NCBI GenBank assembly: GCA_050185825.1
Contig: JBFWZA010000013.1
Location: 76,445-140,444 of the forward strand
DNA from: Pseudomonadales bacterium
GTDB lineage: Bacteria > Pseudomonadota > Gammaproteobacteria > Pseudomonadales > Azotimanducaceae
DNA length: 64,000 bases
Reading direction: 5' to 3'
Every line of letters starts with the position of its first letter. Within the stretch, counting starts at the first letter, position 1. Both the position numbers and the translations under genes were made by a program. Shown here one piece after another: positions 37,924-46,181 of the stretch. The notes beneath the pieces are model-generated. The model ran no database searches and was not told the DNA's origin. It worked only from the letters and a program-made list of their open reading frames with translations.

Positions 37924-38550
37924 TCAGGCGCGGTGGGGGTCCGACTTCTGGCCGAAGGTTTCCCGGTTCTCCTCACGGGCTGCCGCCGACTTCCTGAGCA
38001 GCACCAGCACCGCACCGGTGCCGCCCTGACGACGGTCCGCGCTGGCGTAGGCAATCACCTCCGGCATCTGCGAGAGCCAGTGCACCACGTAGCTCTTCAG
38101 CCGCGCCGGCGTGGCGCTCTGCTCGCCCCGGCCGTGGGCGATGAGGATGGTGCGCCAGCGTCGGGCCACCGCCAGCCGGAAGAACTTGAACACCGCATCC
38201 CGTGCCTCCCGGACGGACAGCCGGTGCAGATCGAGCGAACCCTCCACCGGATAGCGGCCGAGCTTCAGCCGGGAGAACACCGCATCCTGCACCCCGTCCT
38301 TCTTCCACTCGAGCACGTCCCGCGGCGCCACCTGGGTCACCTCGCCCAGGGTCAGCGGGTTGGGATCCACCTCCGGTGACCGGTTGATACCCAGCGCGGC
38401 GTAGCGGCGCTCGAGCTGGGTGAGGGACAGCTCCCGGGGCATGTCCTTCTGCGCATCGAGCAGAGCTTCCTGGTGCTCGGCCTTCTTCCGCTGCCGCTCA
38501 TCGAGGGGGGCGACGTCACTCATGGCGGCGAGGAAGTCGTCGTCGTCCAC
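37924..38550 (-). CDS. Smr-domain protein (SmrA-like)
   Basis: C-terminal Smr domain (LDLHRLSVREARDAVFKF...ILIAHGRG...LKSYVVHWL...GGTGAVLVLL). The GTG start at 38550 lies 1 nt after the PhyH stop. Confidence 0.8.
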   Translation of the reverse strand: MDDDDFLAAMSDVAPLDERQRKKAEHQEALLDAQKDMPRELSLTQLERRYAALGINRSPEVDPNPLTLGEVTQVAPRDVLEWKKDGVQDAVFSRLKLGRYPVEGSLDLHRLSVREARDAVFKFFRLAVARRWRTILIAHGRGEQSATPARLKSYVVHWLSQMPEVIAYASADRRQGGTGAVLVLLRKSAAAREENRETFGQKSDPHRA

Positions 38551-38551
38551 G

Positions 38552-39343
38552 TCAGGCCTCGAGCGGTATGCCGGGCAGCGATGCCGAGCGGGTGTCCGGA
38601 ATGGGCCGGTTGTCGGCGGCGTGATAGGTGAACACCAGCGACAGCTTGACCCGCTCGAGCAGGTTCATGCCCGCGGCGTGGAACAGCCGGCAGTGGAAGA
38701 ACAGGACGTCGCCCGGCTCCAGCTCCACCGGGATCGCCGAGTCGATGAGGGATGCGTTCTCCGGCAGATCGGTGCGCAGGAAGAGCGCGCCGTCGAGCCG
38801 GCCCCGGTCGAGCGACAACCGGTGGCTCCCGGGGATGACGCTGAGCGCACCGTTTCTCGCCGTCTCCGAGCCGAGCGCCAGCCACACGGACACGAGCTCC
38901 GGGCGGTCGAAGGACCAGTAGCGGATATCCTGGTGCCAGAGGGTGGCGCTCGAGAAGCCCGGATGCTTGGTCATCACGCAGTTGTGGTGGCACTGCGAGA
39001 CGAGCACCTCACCGGCGCCGAAGGGCCGGCCGTGGGCCGCGGCGAACAGCGCCCGGAGCTGATTACCCACGGCGGGGCCCGTGGCCCAGTCGCGAAACGC
39101 CTGGTCCCGGCTGAAGGCATTGAGCAGCCGGCGCACGGTGTTGCCGCCCTCCGCCTGACGGCTTGCGGGCGCCCCCGGGTAGCCCAGGTCCGCCTCGTAC
39201 TCCACGGGCCCGAGCACCGGATCGAGATGCTGCCGGCTCACCTCGAGCAGCCGGGTGCGCAGCGCCTCCGGGCAGAGGTTCCTGGCCACCAGGTAGCCGT
39301 CCCGCTCGAAGGCGAGCGCCTCGACGGAGGCCGGCACGCTCAC
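38552..39343 (-). CDS. phytanoyl-CoA dioxygenase (PhyH) family Fe(II)/2-oxoglutarate oxygenase
   Basis: 263-aa ORF with a GTG start. HxD facial-triad motif WHQDIRYW and a distal His in FFHCRLFHAAG. Confidence 0.8.
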   Translation of the reverse strand: MSVPASVEALAFERDGYLVARNLCPEALRTRLLEVSRQHLDPVLGPVEYEADLGYPGAPASRQAEGGNTVRRLLNAFSRDQAFRDWATGPAVGNQLRALFAAAHGRPFGAGEVLVSQCHHNCVMTKHPGFSSATLWHQDIRYWSFDRPELVSVWLALGSETARNGALSVIPGSHRLSLDRGRLDGALFLRTDLPENASLIDSAIPVELEPGDVLFFHCRLFHAAGMNLLERVKLSLVFTYHAADNRPIPDTRSASLPGIPLEA

Positions 39344-39395
39344 GATGCGTCTCCCGTGGGGTGACCTGTCAGACCTGTCAAAGGGGTGTTCATAC

Positions 39396-40844
39396 CTACT
39401 TCATCTGCGCCTTGACGGCCTTGAGCATCTTCTCGCCGTAGGGTGGCTTCAACCCGGCGAGCGCCGCCACGTCGATGCGGCTCTGGGTGAAGATCGCCTT
39501 GGCATGGCTGAAGGTCCTGAAACCGTCGTGGCCGTGATAGGCGCCCATGCCGGACGGGCCAACGCCACCGAACGGCAGGTCCTCCTGAGCCACGTGCATT
39601 ACCACGTCGTTCACCGTCACCCCGCCGGACGTGGTGTGGGTCAGCACCCGCTCCTCTTCCATGCGGTCCTGGCCGAAGTAGTACAACCCCAGCGGGCGCG
39701 GCTTGTGGTTGACGTAGTCGATGGTCTCGCGGACGTCCTGATAGCCCTTCACCGGCAGCAGCGGGCCGAAGATCTCGTCCTGCATGATGGCCATGTCCTC
39801 GGAAGGGTTCAGCACCAGGGTCGGCGGAATCTTGTGGTGCGGCTGCTGGCGGAAATCCTCGCCGGCCGGGTTGATCTCCACCACCTTCGCGCCCTTCTGC
39901 TTTGCGTCGTCCAGGTAGCTGTTCAGCCGCTGATAGTGGCGCTCGTTGATCACGGACGTGTAGTCGGGATTATCCAGCAGGGTGGGATACATCTTCTCCA
40001 CGGCGCGGGCGGCGGACTCGGCGAAGGCATCCACCTTTTCCTCCGGCACGAGCACGTAGTCCGGTGCCAGGCAGATCTGCCCGGCGTTCATCGTCTTGCC
40101 CATCATGATGGCGTCCGCCGTCTTCTGGATGTCCGCAGAGCGACCCACCACCACGGGCGACTTGCCGCCGAGCTCCAGCGTGACCGGAACCAGATTGTCC
40201 GCGGCTGCCCGCATGACGTGGCGGGCGATGGAGGTGGCGCCGGTGAACAGCAGGTGATCGAACGGCAGGCTGGCGAAGTCGGCTCCTGCCTGGGGCCCGC
40301 CGGTGACCACGCTGATCTCCAGCTCGTCGAAGGCCGTCGGGAAGATCTCCGCCATCAGCGCCGACGTGGCCGGTGTGAACTCGCTCGGCTTGATCAGGCA
40401 GCGGTTACCCGCAGCGAGTATGCCCGCCAGCGGCGTGAAGGTGAGGTTCACAGGGAAGTTCCAGGGGCTGATCACGCCCACCACACCGAGCGGCTGGTAC
40501 TCCACCCGGGCCCTGGCGCCGAGCAGGTTGAGCGGAAACGGCCCCACCTTGCGCTTTTCGGGCTTCATCCACTTCTCGAGATTCGCCTGAGCGTGCCGCA
40601 GCGGGCCTATGGAGCCCGCCACGTCGGTGAACAGGGACTGATGCTCGCTGCGGTGGCCGAAGTCGTCCCGCATGGCCGCCACCAGCCGATGCTGATGGGT
40701 TTTCAGCAGGCCGATGGCGCGCTCCAGCCGGTCTCTGCGCGTGGCGGCGCTGACGGCGCCTTCCGCCAGATAACTCTCCCGCTGCCGTTCGAGCAGCGCC
40801 AGCATGTCGGCGCGCGACGGTCCTGTCTGTACTGTCTCAGCCAT
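39396..40844 (-). CDS. NAD(P)-dependent aldehyde dehydrogenase (coniferyl-aldehyde-DH-like)
   Basis: 482-aa ORF with VISPWNFP, ELGGKSP and catalytic Cys in NAGQICLAPDY. It is preferred over the 616-aa antisense ORF. Confidence 0.9.
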   Translation of the reverse strand: MAETVQTGPSRADMLALLERQRESYLAEGAVSAATRRDRLERAIGLLKTHQHRLVAAMRDDFGHRSEHQSLFTDVAGSIGPLRHAQANLEKWMKPEKRKVGPFPLNLLGARARVEYQPLGVVGVISPWNFPVNLTFTPLAGILAAGNRCLIKPSEFTPATSALMAEIFPTAFDELEISVVTGGPQAGADFASLPFDHLLFTGATSIARHVMRAAADNLVPVTLELGGKSPVVVGRSADIQKTADAIMMGKTMNAGQICLAPDYVLVPEEKVDAFAESAARAVEKMYPTLLDNPDYTSVINERHYQRLNSYLDDAKQKGAKVVEINPAGEDFRQQPHHKIPPTLVLNPSEDMAIMQDEIFGPLLPVKGYQDVRETIDYVNHKPRPLGLYYFGQDRMEEERVLTHTTSGGVTVNDVVMHVAQEDLPFGGVGPSGMGAYHGHDGFRTFSHAKAIFTQSRIDVAALAGLKPPYGEKMLKAVKAQMK

Positions 40845-40862
40845 CGTTTTCTCCTCAAGCTG

Positions 40863-41141
40863 TCATGCGTTGCCGGCTGCCGGCTTCGATGCGGTCTCGT
40901 CGAACACCGCATCACCGTTCACGGTAACCCGCAGCCGGTCCGTCGAGGCCCAGTAGCGGGCCTCGATGTAATGATGCTCTTCCCACTCGAGCTCCACGTT
41001 GGTCCACACGTACTGCGGTTCGCGGCCGGTCACCGGCCGATCCTTGCGCAGGCAGCCGTCCACGTAGAGCTCCACCGTGCCGTCGTCCGTGATCCGGACG
41101 TGGTAGGCCTTGTGCCGGTGCCTGAAATCGAACTGCCGCAT
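40863..41141 (-). CDS. small protein of unknown function
   Basis: 92-aa ORF with strong GC3 bias. Its stop lies 18 nt upstream of the ALDH start on the same strand. Confidence 0.5.
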   Translation of the reverse strand: MRQFDFRHRHKAYHVRITDDGTVELYVDGCLRKDRPVTGREPQYVWTNVELEWEEHHYIEARYWASTDRLRVTVNGDAVFDETASKPAAGNA

Positions 41142-41191
41142 CCGCCTTCATGTATCCTTCCGCGGACGCCGATTTTACCAACCTTGCCCCC

Positions 41192-42592
41192 ATGAATCCC
41201 GATCCCCGGAAAACTCCTGCCGACACCGTCAGATTCAACCGCGTGCTCCGTAACAGGGACGTGATCACCCTGGGATTCGGGGCCATGATCGGCTGGAGCT
41301 GGGTGCTGATGACCGGCTACTGGGTGTCCGAAGCGGGCTCGGTGGGTACGGTGATCGCCTTCACCGCGGGCGGCTTCGCCATCGCCCTGATCGGGCTGAC
41401 CTACAGCGAGCTGGTGTCCGCCATGCCCCAGGCCGGCGGCGAGCACGTCTACACCCACCGCGGGCTGGGCGCCGGCTGGTCGTTCTTCTGCACCTGGGCG
41501 CTGCTGCTCGCCTACGTGAACGTCTGCCTGTTCGAAGCGGTGGCGCTGCCCACGGCCGTGGAGTACCTGCTGCCCGACATACGGCTAGGCACGCTCTGGC
41601 GGCTGTTCGGCTCGGACGTGGACCTCGGCTTCGTCCTCATCGGCGCAGGCACGTCCGTGCTCATCACGGTGATCAATGTCATCGGCATCAGGCCCGCCAC
41701 CTGGTTCCAGACCGTGACCTTCGTGGTGATCGTGGTCGCCGGCACGGCGCTGCTGATCGGGGCGGCCAGCTTCGGAACCCTGGACAACGCCCGTCCCTGG
41801 ATCGGCGTACCGGCCACCGGCATCCTCACCGTGCTCATCATGGTCCCCACCCTGCTGGTGGGCTTCGACGTCATTCCCCAGTCTGCCGAGGAGATCAACC
41901 TGCCACCCGCGCGGATCGGGCTGCTGCTGGTGGTCTCCGTGTTCCTGGCCGTGCTCTGGTACGGCGTGATCAGCTTCGCCGTTGCCACCAGCATGCCGCT
42001 CGGCAGCCTCCGGGAAAGCGGCATGGCCACCGGCGACGCGGCGACGTCTCTCTGGGGGCATCCCGCCGCCGGCGCGCTGCTGGTGCTGGGCGGCGTGGCC
42101 GGGATACTCACGAGCTGGAACGCCTTCGTCATCGGCGGCAGCCGCCTGCTCTACGCGCTGGCGGAGTCCGGCATGGTGCCAGCGGTCTTCGGCCGCCTGC
42201 ACCCGAGGTTTCATACCCCCTACGTCGGCATCATCGCCATCGGCGTGCTGTCCTGCCTGGCACCGCTGTTCGGGCGCACGGTGCTCGTCTGGCTGATCAA
42301 CGCGGGCGGCTTCGCCACCATCGTCGCTTATCTGTTCGTGCCCATCGCCTTCCTGGCCCTGCGCAGGAAGGAACCGGACATGGAGCGGCCGTTTCGCGTC
42401 AGCCACCCCCGGCTCGTCGGCATCGGCGCCATCGTGCTGGCCCTGGCACTGATCACCGCCTACCTGCCCGGCAGCCCGTCGGCGCTCAGCTGGCCCCACG
42501 AGTGGCTGACCATCACGGTGTGGACGGTGATCGGTGTGACTCTGTATCTGTGGTACCGCTTCGGCAGCGGCAGCCGCAGAAACCCCCACTGA
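41192..42592 (+). CDS. APC-superfamily amino acid permease
   Basis: ORF 41150..42592 with a probable start at ATG 41192. About 12 TM helices with an APC pattern (ITLGFGAMIGWSW, SELVSAMPQAGGEHVY). Confidence 0.8.
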   Translation: MNPDPRKTPADTVRFNRVLRNRDVITLGFGAMIGWSWVLMTGYWVSEAGSVGTVIAFTAGGFAIALIGLTYSELVSAMPQAGGEHVYTHRGLGAGWSFFCTWALLLAYVNVCLFEAVALPTAVEYLLPDIRLGTLWRLFGSDVDLGFVLIGAGTSVLITVINVIGIRPATWFQTVTFVVIVVAGTALLIGAASFGTLDNARPWIGVPATGILTVLIMVPTLLVGFDVIPQSAEEINLPPARIGLLLVVSVFLAVLWYGVISFAVATSMPLGSLRESGMATGDAATSLWGHPAAGALLVLGGVAGILTSWNAFVIGGSRLLYALAESGMVPAVFGRLHPRFHTPYVGIIAIGVLSCLAPLFGRTVLVWLINAGGFATIVAYLFVPIAFLALRRKEPDMERPFRVSHPRLVGIGAIVLALALITAYLPGSPSALSWPHEWLTITVWTVIGVTLYLWYRFGSGSRRNPH

Positions 42593-42618
42593 CGAGAGCG
42601 GCACGCCTGCCTGCAGGG

Positions 42619-43722
42619 CTAGAACAGAGACTCCTGAAAGCCGGGTGGCCGGAACAGGTCCGTGCGCAAAGCACCGAGCCCGGCATCCCGTTCGATTCCT
42701 TGTTTTGAAAGGGCGCGCGCGAAGCGCTTCTCGATGAGCTCCGCCATGGGGCCTACTCCGCGCAGACGCTCGCCCCACTCCGCCCGATACAGCGCCCCGC
42801 CGCGCATCTGGCGAACCGCGCTCTCCACCCTGGAGGCCTTCATGGGATAGTGCTCGGCGAGCCACTCCTGAAACAGCGGCCCCACCTCCCGCGGCAGCCG
42901 CAACAGGATGTACCCCAGCGATCGGGCCCCGGCCGCCACGCACGCCTCGACGATGGCCTCGATCTCCGAATCGTTCACGAACGGAATCACCGGCGCGACC
43001 ATGGCGCCCGTGGGCACACCCGCGCGGCTGAGGCCCTCGATGGCCTTCAGCCTCGCCGACGGGGAGGCCGTCCGGGGTTCCAGCAGCGTCTTCAGCTTGC
43101 GGTCGAGCGTGGTGACGCTCAGATAGACATGCACGAGGTCGAGCTTCGCGAGCTCACTGAGCAGATCCAGATCTCTCAGCACCAGCTGGCTCTTGGTGAC
43201 GATGGTGAGCGGATGACGCCATTCGAGAAGCATTTCCAGAAGCTGCCGGGTGATCCCGAGCGACCGCTCCGCCGGCTGGTACGGATCCGTGTTGGTGCCG
43301 AGCGCAATCGGTCGGCACTCGTAGCGCCTCGCCGACAACTCCTCGTGCAGCCGCCGCCGGACGTCCGTCTTGAAGAACAGACGTGTTTCGAAGTCGAGCC
43401 CCGGAGACAGGTCCAGGTAGGCGTGCGTCGGTCGCGCGAAGCAGTAGATGCAGCCGTGCTCGCAGCCCTTGTAGGGATTGATGGAACGGTCGAACGGCAG
43501 GTCCGGCGAGCGGTTTCGGGTGATGAGCCGCATCGTCCGATCCGGCGTCAGCGTCGTTCTCGGGTCCGGCGCCGGTGGCTCTTCCAGGTCCCAGCCGTCC
43601 GCTTCCCGGATCGAGATGGTGGGCAGGAACCGGCTGGCGCGGTTCGAGACCGCGCCGCGGCCTTTGAAAACCTCGGTCGTATTCGCGGCTGAATCTGAGG
43701 TTGTTGTCAGTTTCGTGCTCAC
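42619..43722 (-). CDS. PA0069-family radical SAM protein
   Basis: CX3CX2C motif in YKGCEHGCIYCFARP, and an N-terminal FKGRGAVSN typical of the family. Track ORF 42619..43791 trimmed to GTG 43722, because ATG 43791 lies just 4 nt beyond the LexA operator, so a 43791 start would place the whole operator inside the coding sequence. Confidence 0.85.
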   Translation of the reverse strand: MSTKLTTTSDSAANTTEVFKGRGAVSNRASRFLPTISIREADGWDLEEPPAPDPRTTLTPDRTMRLITRNRSPDLPFDRSINPYKGCEHGCIYCFARPTHAYLDLSPGLDFETRLFFKTDVRRRLHEELSARRYECRPIALGTNTDPYQPAERSLGITRQLLEMLLEWRHPLTIVTKSQLVLRDLDLLSELAKLDLVHVYLSVTTLDRKLKTLLEPRTASPSARLKAIEGLSRAGVPTGAMVAPVIPFVNDSEIEAIVEACVAAGARSLGYILLRLPREVGPLFQEWLAEHYPMKASRVESAVRQMRGGALYRAEWGERLRGVGPMAELIEKRFARALSKQGIERDAGLGALRTDLFRPPGFQESLF

Positions 43723-43767
43723 CGCCGCCTCTACCCTTTCATCCGGGGCGGAACAGTCTAGCGCCGA

Positions 43768-43787
43768 TACTGTATGTATGTACAGTA
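43768..43787. promoter_or_regulatory. LexA (SOS) operator
   Basis: TACTGTATGTATGTACAGTA gives perfect CTGT-N8-ACAG with flanking TA/TA, matching the gammaproteobacterial consensus TACTGTATATATATACAGTA. It sits in the divergent intergenic region. Confidence 0.85.
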
Positions 43788-43881
43788 TCACTTCAGCAGG
43801 GCTGTTGCCCTGGACTTGTCAGCCACTGCGCGCCCGTTAGACTACGCCGCTGCCCTGTTGGCAAAACAAGCTTCCGAGTCC

Positions 43882-44664
43882 ATGCAGCAGATCAGACGCC
43901 CTGCCCCCGTAGCCCTCGCAGCACCCTGGCTCATCGCCGCGCTGCTGCTGTCGGGCTGCAAACAGGTCGAGGTGGTGGACGAAACCCAGATCACGCTCAA
44001 CGCCATGCAGGCGCAGCTCGACGAGGTCGAGCGGCAGATCGAGGCCTCCCGGCAGGCGCTGGATCAGCTGGAAGCCGCGGACGTGAACCGCACCGAGTAT
44101 CTGGACACGCGGCTGGCCACCATCGGCGAGCGCCTGGAAGCGCTGCCCGGCGAGATCCACGTGAGCTGCCCGGAGCCGAAGCCGGTGAAAACGGAGTGCA
44201 AGGAAGTCGCCAGGGTCGTGGTCACCTCCGACAAGATGCTGGTCGGCGAGCTCGAGCGCATCTGGATCGAGCCACCGGGTGTGAGCGTGGTGGCGCGTAT
44301 GGATACCGGTGCCACGTCGAGCTCCGTGCATGCCAACAACCTGGAGCGCTTCGAGCGGGACGGCGAGGACTGGGTTCGCTTCGACCTGCCCATCGGCCCG
44401 GACGAATCCGTGACCCTGGAGCGACCCATCGTCCGGCACGCCCGAGTCCGGCAGCAGGCGGATCCGGAAGGATCCCGGCGCCCGGTCGTCCAGCTGCGCA
44501 TCCGTCTCGGCGAGATACAGGACACCTTCGAGTTCACGCTGGCCGATCGATCCCATCTCGAGAACGAGTGGATCCTCGGCCGGAATTTTCTCACCGACGT
44601 CACGCTCGTTGACGTCAGCAGGCAATTCGTTCAGCCTCGATACATCCCGCCGAAAAATCAGTGA
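43882..44664 (+). CDS. lipoprotein with a C-terminal retropepsin-like (COG4067 / RimB-like) aspartic peptidase domain
   Basis: ORF 43774..44664 trimmed to ATG 43882. Lipobox LLLSGC, a coiled-coil-like segment, then the DTG motif (ARMDTGATSSSVHA) and ILGRNFL. Confidence 0.7.
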   Translation: MQQIRRPAPVALAAPWLIAALLLSGCKQVEVVDETQITLNAMQAQLDEVERQIEASRQALDQLEAADVNRTEYLDTRLATIGERLEALPGEIHVSCPEPKPVKTECKEVARVVVTSDKMLVGELERIWIEPPGVSVVARMDTGATSSSVHANNLERFERDGEDWVRFDLPIGPDESVTLERPIVRHARVRQQADPEGSRRPVVQLRIRLGEIQDTFEFTLADRSHLENEWILGRNFLTDVTLVDVSRQFVQPRYIPPKNQ

Positions 44665-44669
44665 TTTAA

Positions 44670-46181
44670 GTGACGAATCAGGGTCCTTTCCTGTTTCTGG
44701 TCGCCCTGCTCGTCGCGGCAGGCATCGGCACCGCCGCGTTCCGGCACGAGTCCTATCGCATACCACTGCTGCCCGGTGAGCAGCAGACCGTCTGGCAGGT
44801 GGAAGCCAGAGTCGAGTACATGGCCCTCGGCGGCGCCACCCAGATCTACCTGACGCTGCCTCCCGAGCAGTCGGGCTTCCGGCTGATCGAGGAAACCGGC
44901 GCCGCCCCGGGTTTCGGCTTCAGCGTCACCCAGCAGGGCATTCAGCGTCGAGCCCACTGGACGAAGCGCGACGCCTCCGGCGTGCAGACGTTGTTCTTCA
45001 AGCTGGCGCTTGTCCAGGATTCCGGACTGGACGTGGAGGCCATCCCGCCGCGGGGGCCGGTGGATTCCCCGCACTGGGACGAGCCCTATCGGACCGCGGC
45101 CTTTCAGCTGATCGATACCCTGCTGCCCATCACCGCCGACCCGCCGTCCATGGCGGTGCAGCTTATCGACATCATGAACCGGCGGCCCGCAGACCCGAAC
45201 GTCAGCCTGCTGCGCGACCGCTACAGCGATCCCATACTGCTGGCCCGTCTGCTCAACACCGCCGGCATTGCGGCACGAACCGTGCAGGTGCTGGAGCTCG
45301 AGGACGGCCGACGCAGGCAGGGTCTGGCTGAGCATGTGGAGGTTTGGCATCAGGGAACCTGGCACCTCTACCACACCGGCACCGGGCGCGTGCCCGAGGA
45401 TGCCAACCTGCTCCTCTGGCAGACGGAGACGCCGTCCGTGCTCGAGGTCGCGGGCGGCACCAACTCCCGGGTCACCTTCTCCATGATCTCCCAGGCCCGC
45501 TCCATGCTGGAGCTGGCCGCGGACAGCCGGGCACCCGGATTCTCACTGTCGCTCTACAGCCTGCCCATCGCCGAGCAGGGGATGTTCAAGCTCATCATGC
45601 TGCTGCCGGTAGGCGCGCTGGTGGTGGTCTTCATGCGCATTATCGTCGGCATCCAGACGTCCGGCACGTTCATGCCCGTGCTGATCGCGCTGGCCTTTCT
45701 GCAGACCGAGCTCCTGCCGGGACTGCTCAGCTTCATTCTGGTGGTCTCCATCGGATTGCTGATCCGTTCGTACCTTTCCAGCCTGAACCTGCTGCTCGTT
45801 GCCCGGATCGCCACCCTGGTGATTCTGGTGATCGGCATCATCTCCGTGTTCAGCGTGGTGAGCTATCAGCTCGGCCTCATCGGCGGTCTCACCATCACCT
45901 TCTTCCCGATGATCATCATGGCCTGGACCATCGAGCGGATGTCCATCATCTGGGAGGAGGAAGGACCGCCCGAGGTGCTGCTCCAGGGCGGGGGCAGCCT
46001 GCTCGTGGCAACGCTGGCCTACCTGCTCATGGACCAGCAGCTGGTCCGCCACCTGGCGTTCAACTTTCCGGAGCTGCACCTGGCGATTCTCGCCATGGTG
46101 CTGATCCTCGGTCGCTACACCGGCTACCGGTTGCTCGAGCTGCGCCGTTTCGCCAGCTTCGGGAACATCGTCCGAAAGTGA
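44670..46181 (+). CDS. inactive-transglutaminase domain fused to a 7-TM module
   Basis: 503-aa ORF with a GTG start 5 nt after the previous stop. It has an N-terminal TM helix, a periplasmic roughly 280-aa domain, and a C-terminal block of about 7 TM helices. The architecture matches the family linked to RimK-like ligases. Confidence 0.7.
   Translation: MTNQGPFLFLVALLVAAGIGTAAFRHESYRIPLLPGEQQTVWQVEARVEYMALGGATQIYLTLPPEQSGFRLIEETGAAPGFGFSVTQQGIQRRAHWTKRDASGVQTLFFKLALVQDSGLDVEAIPPRGPVDSPHWDEPYRTAAFQLIDTLLPITADPPSMAVQLIDIMNRRPADPNVSLLRDRYSDPILLARLLNTAGIAARTVQVLELEDGRRRQGLAEHVEVWHQGTWHLYHTGTGRVPEDANLLLWQTETPSVLEVAGGTNSRVTFSMISQARSMLELAADSRAPGFSLSLYSLPIAEQGMFKLIMLLPVGALVVVFMRIIVGIQTSGTFMPVLIALAFLQTELLPGLLSFILVVSIGLLIRSYLSSLNLLLVARIATLVILVIGIISVFSVVSYQLGLIGGLTITFFPMIIMAWTIERMSIIWEEEGPPEVLLQGGGSLLVATLAYLLMDQQLVRHLAFNFPELHLAILAMVLILGRYTGYRLLELRRFASFGNIVRK

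Noticed and set aside
39345-41195. 616-aa ORF on the + strand. Similar very long ORFs occur at 14360..15817(-), 16037..17539(-), 17472..19280(-), 41585..42943(-), 58870..59928(-), 59466..61508(+), 49463..50587(-) and 50505..51512(-).
   Set aside because: These are antisense shadow ORFs of clearly recognisable genes in a high-GC genome. Their translations are Arg/Gly/His/Pro-rich with no motifs, while the opposite strand carries complete enzyme or transporter signatures.
43774-43881. N-terminal 36-aa extension of the lipoprotein-peptidase ORF (MYVQYHFS...), and the alternative ATG 43791 for the radical SAM gene.
   Set aside because: ATG 43774 lies inside the LexA operator and ATG 43791 lies just 4 nt beyond it on the other side, so using either start would place part or all of the operator within coding sequence. 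The shorter models give a proper lipobox signal peptide and a family-typical N-terminus.
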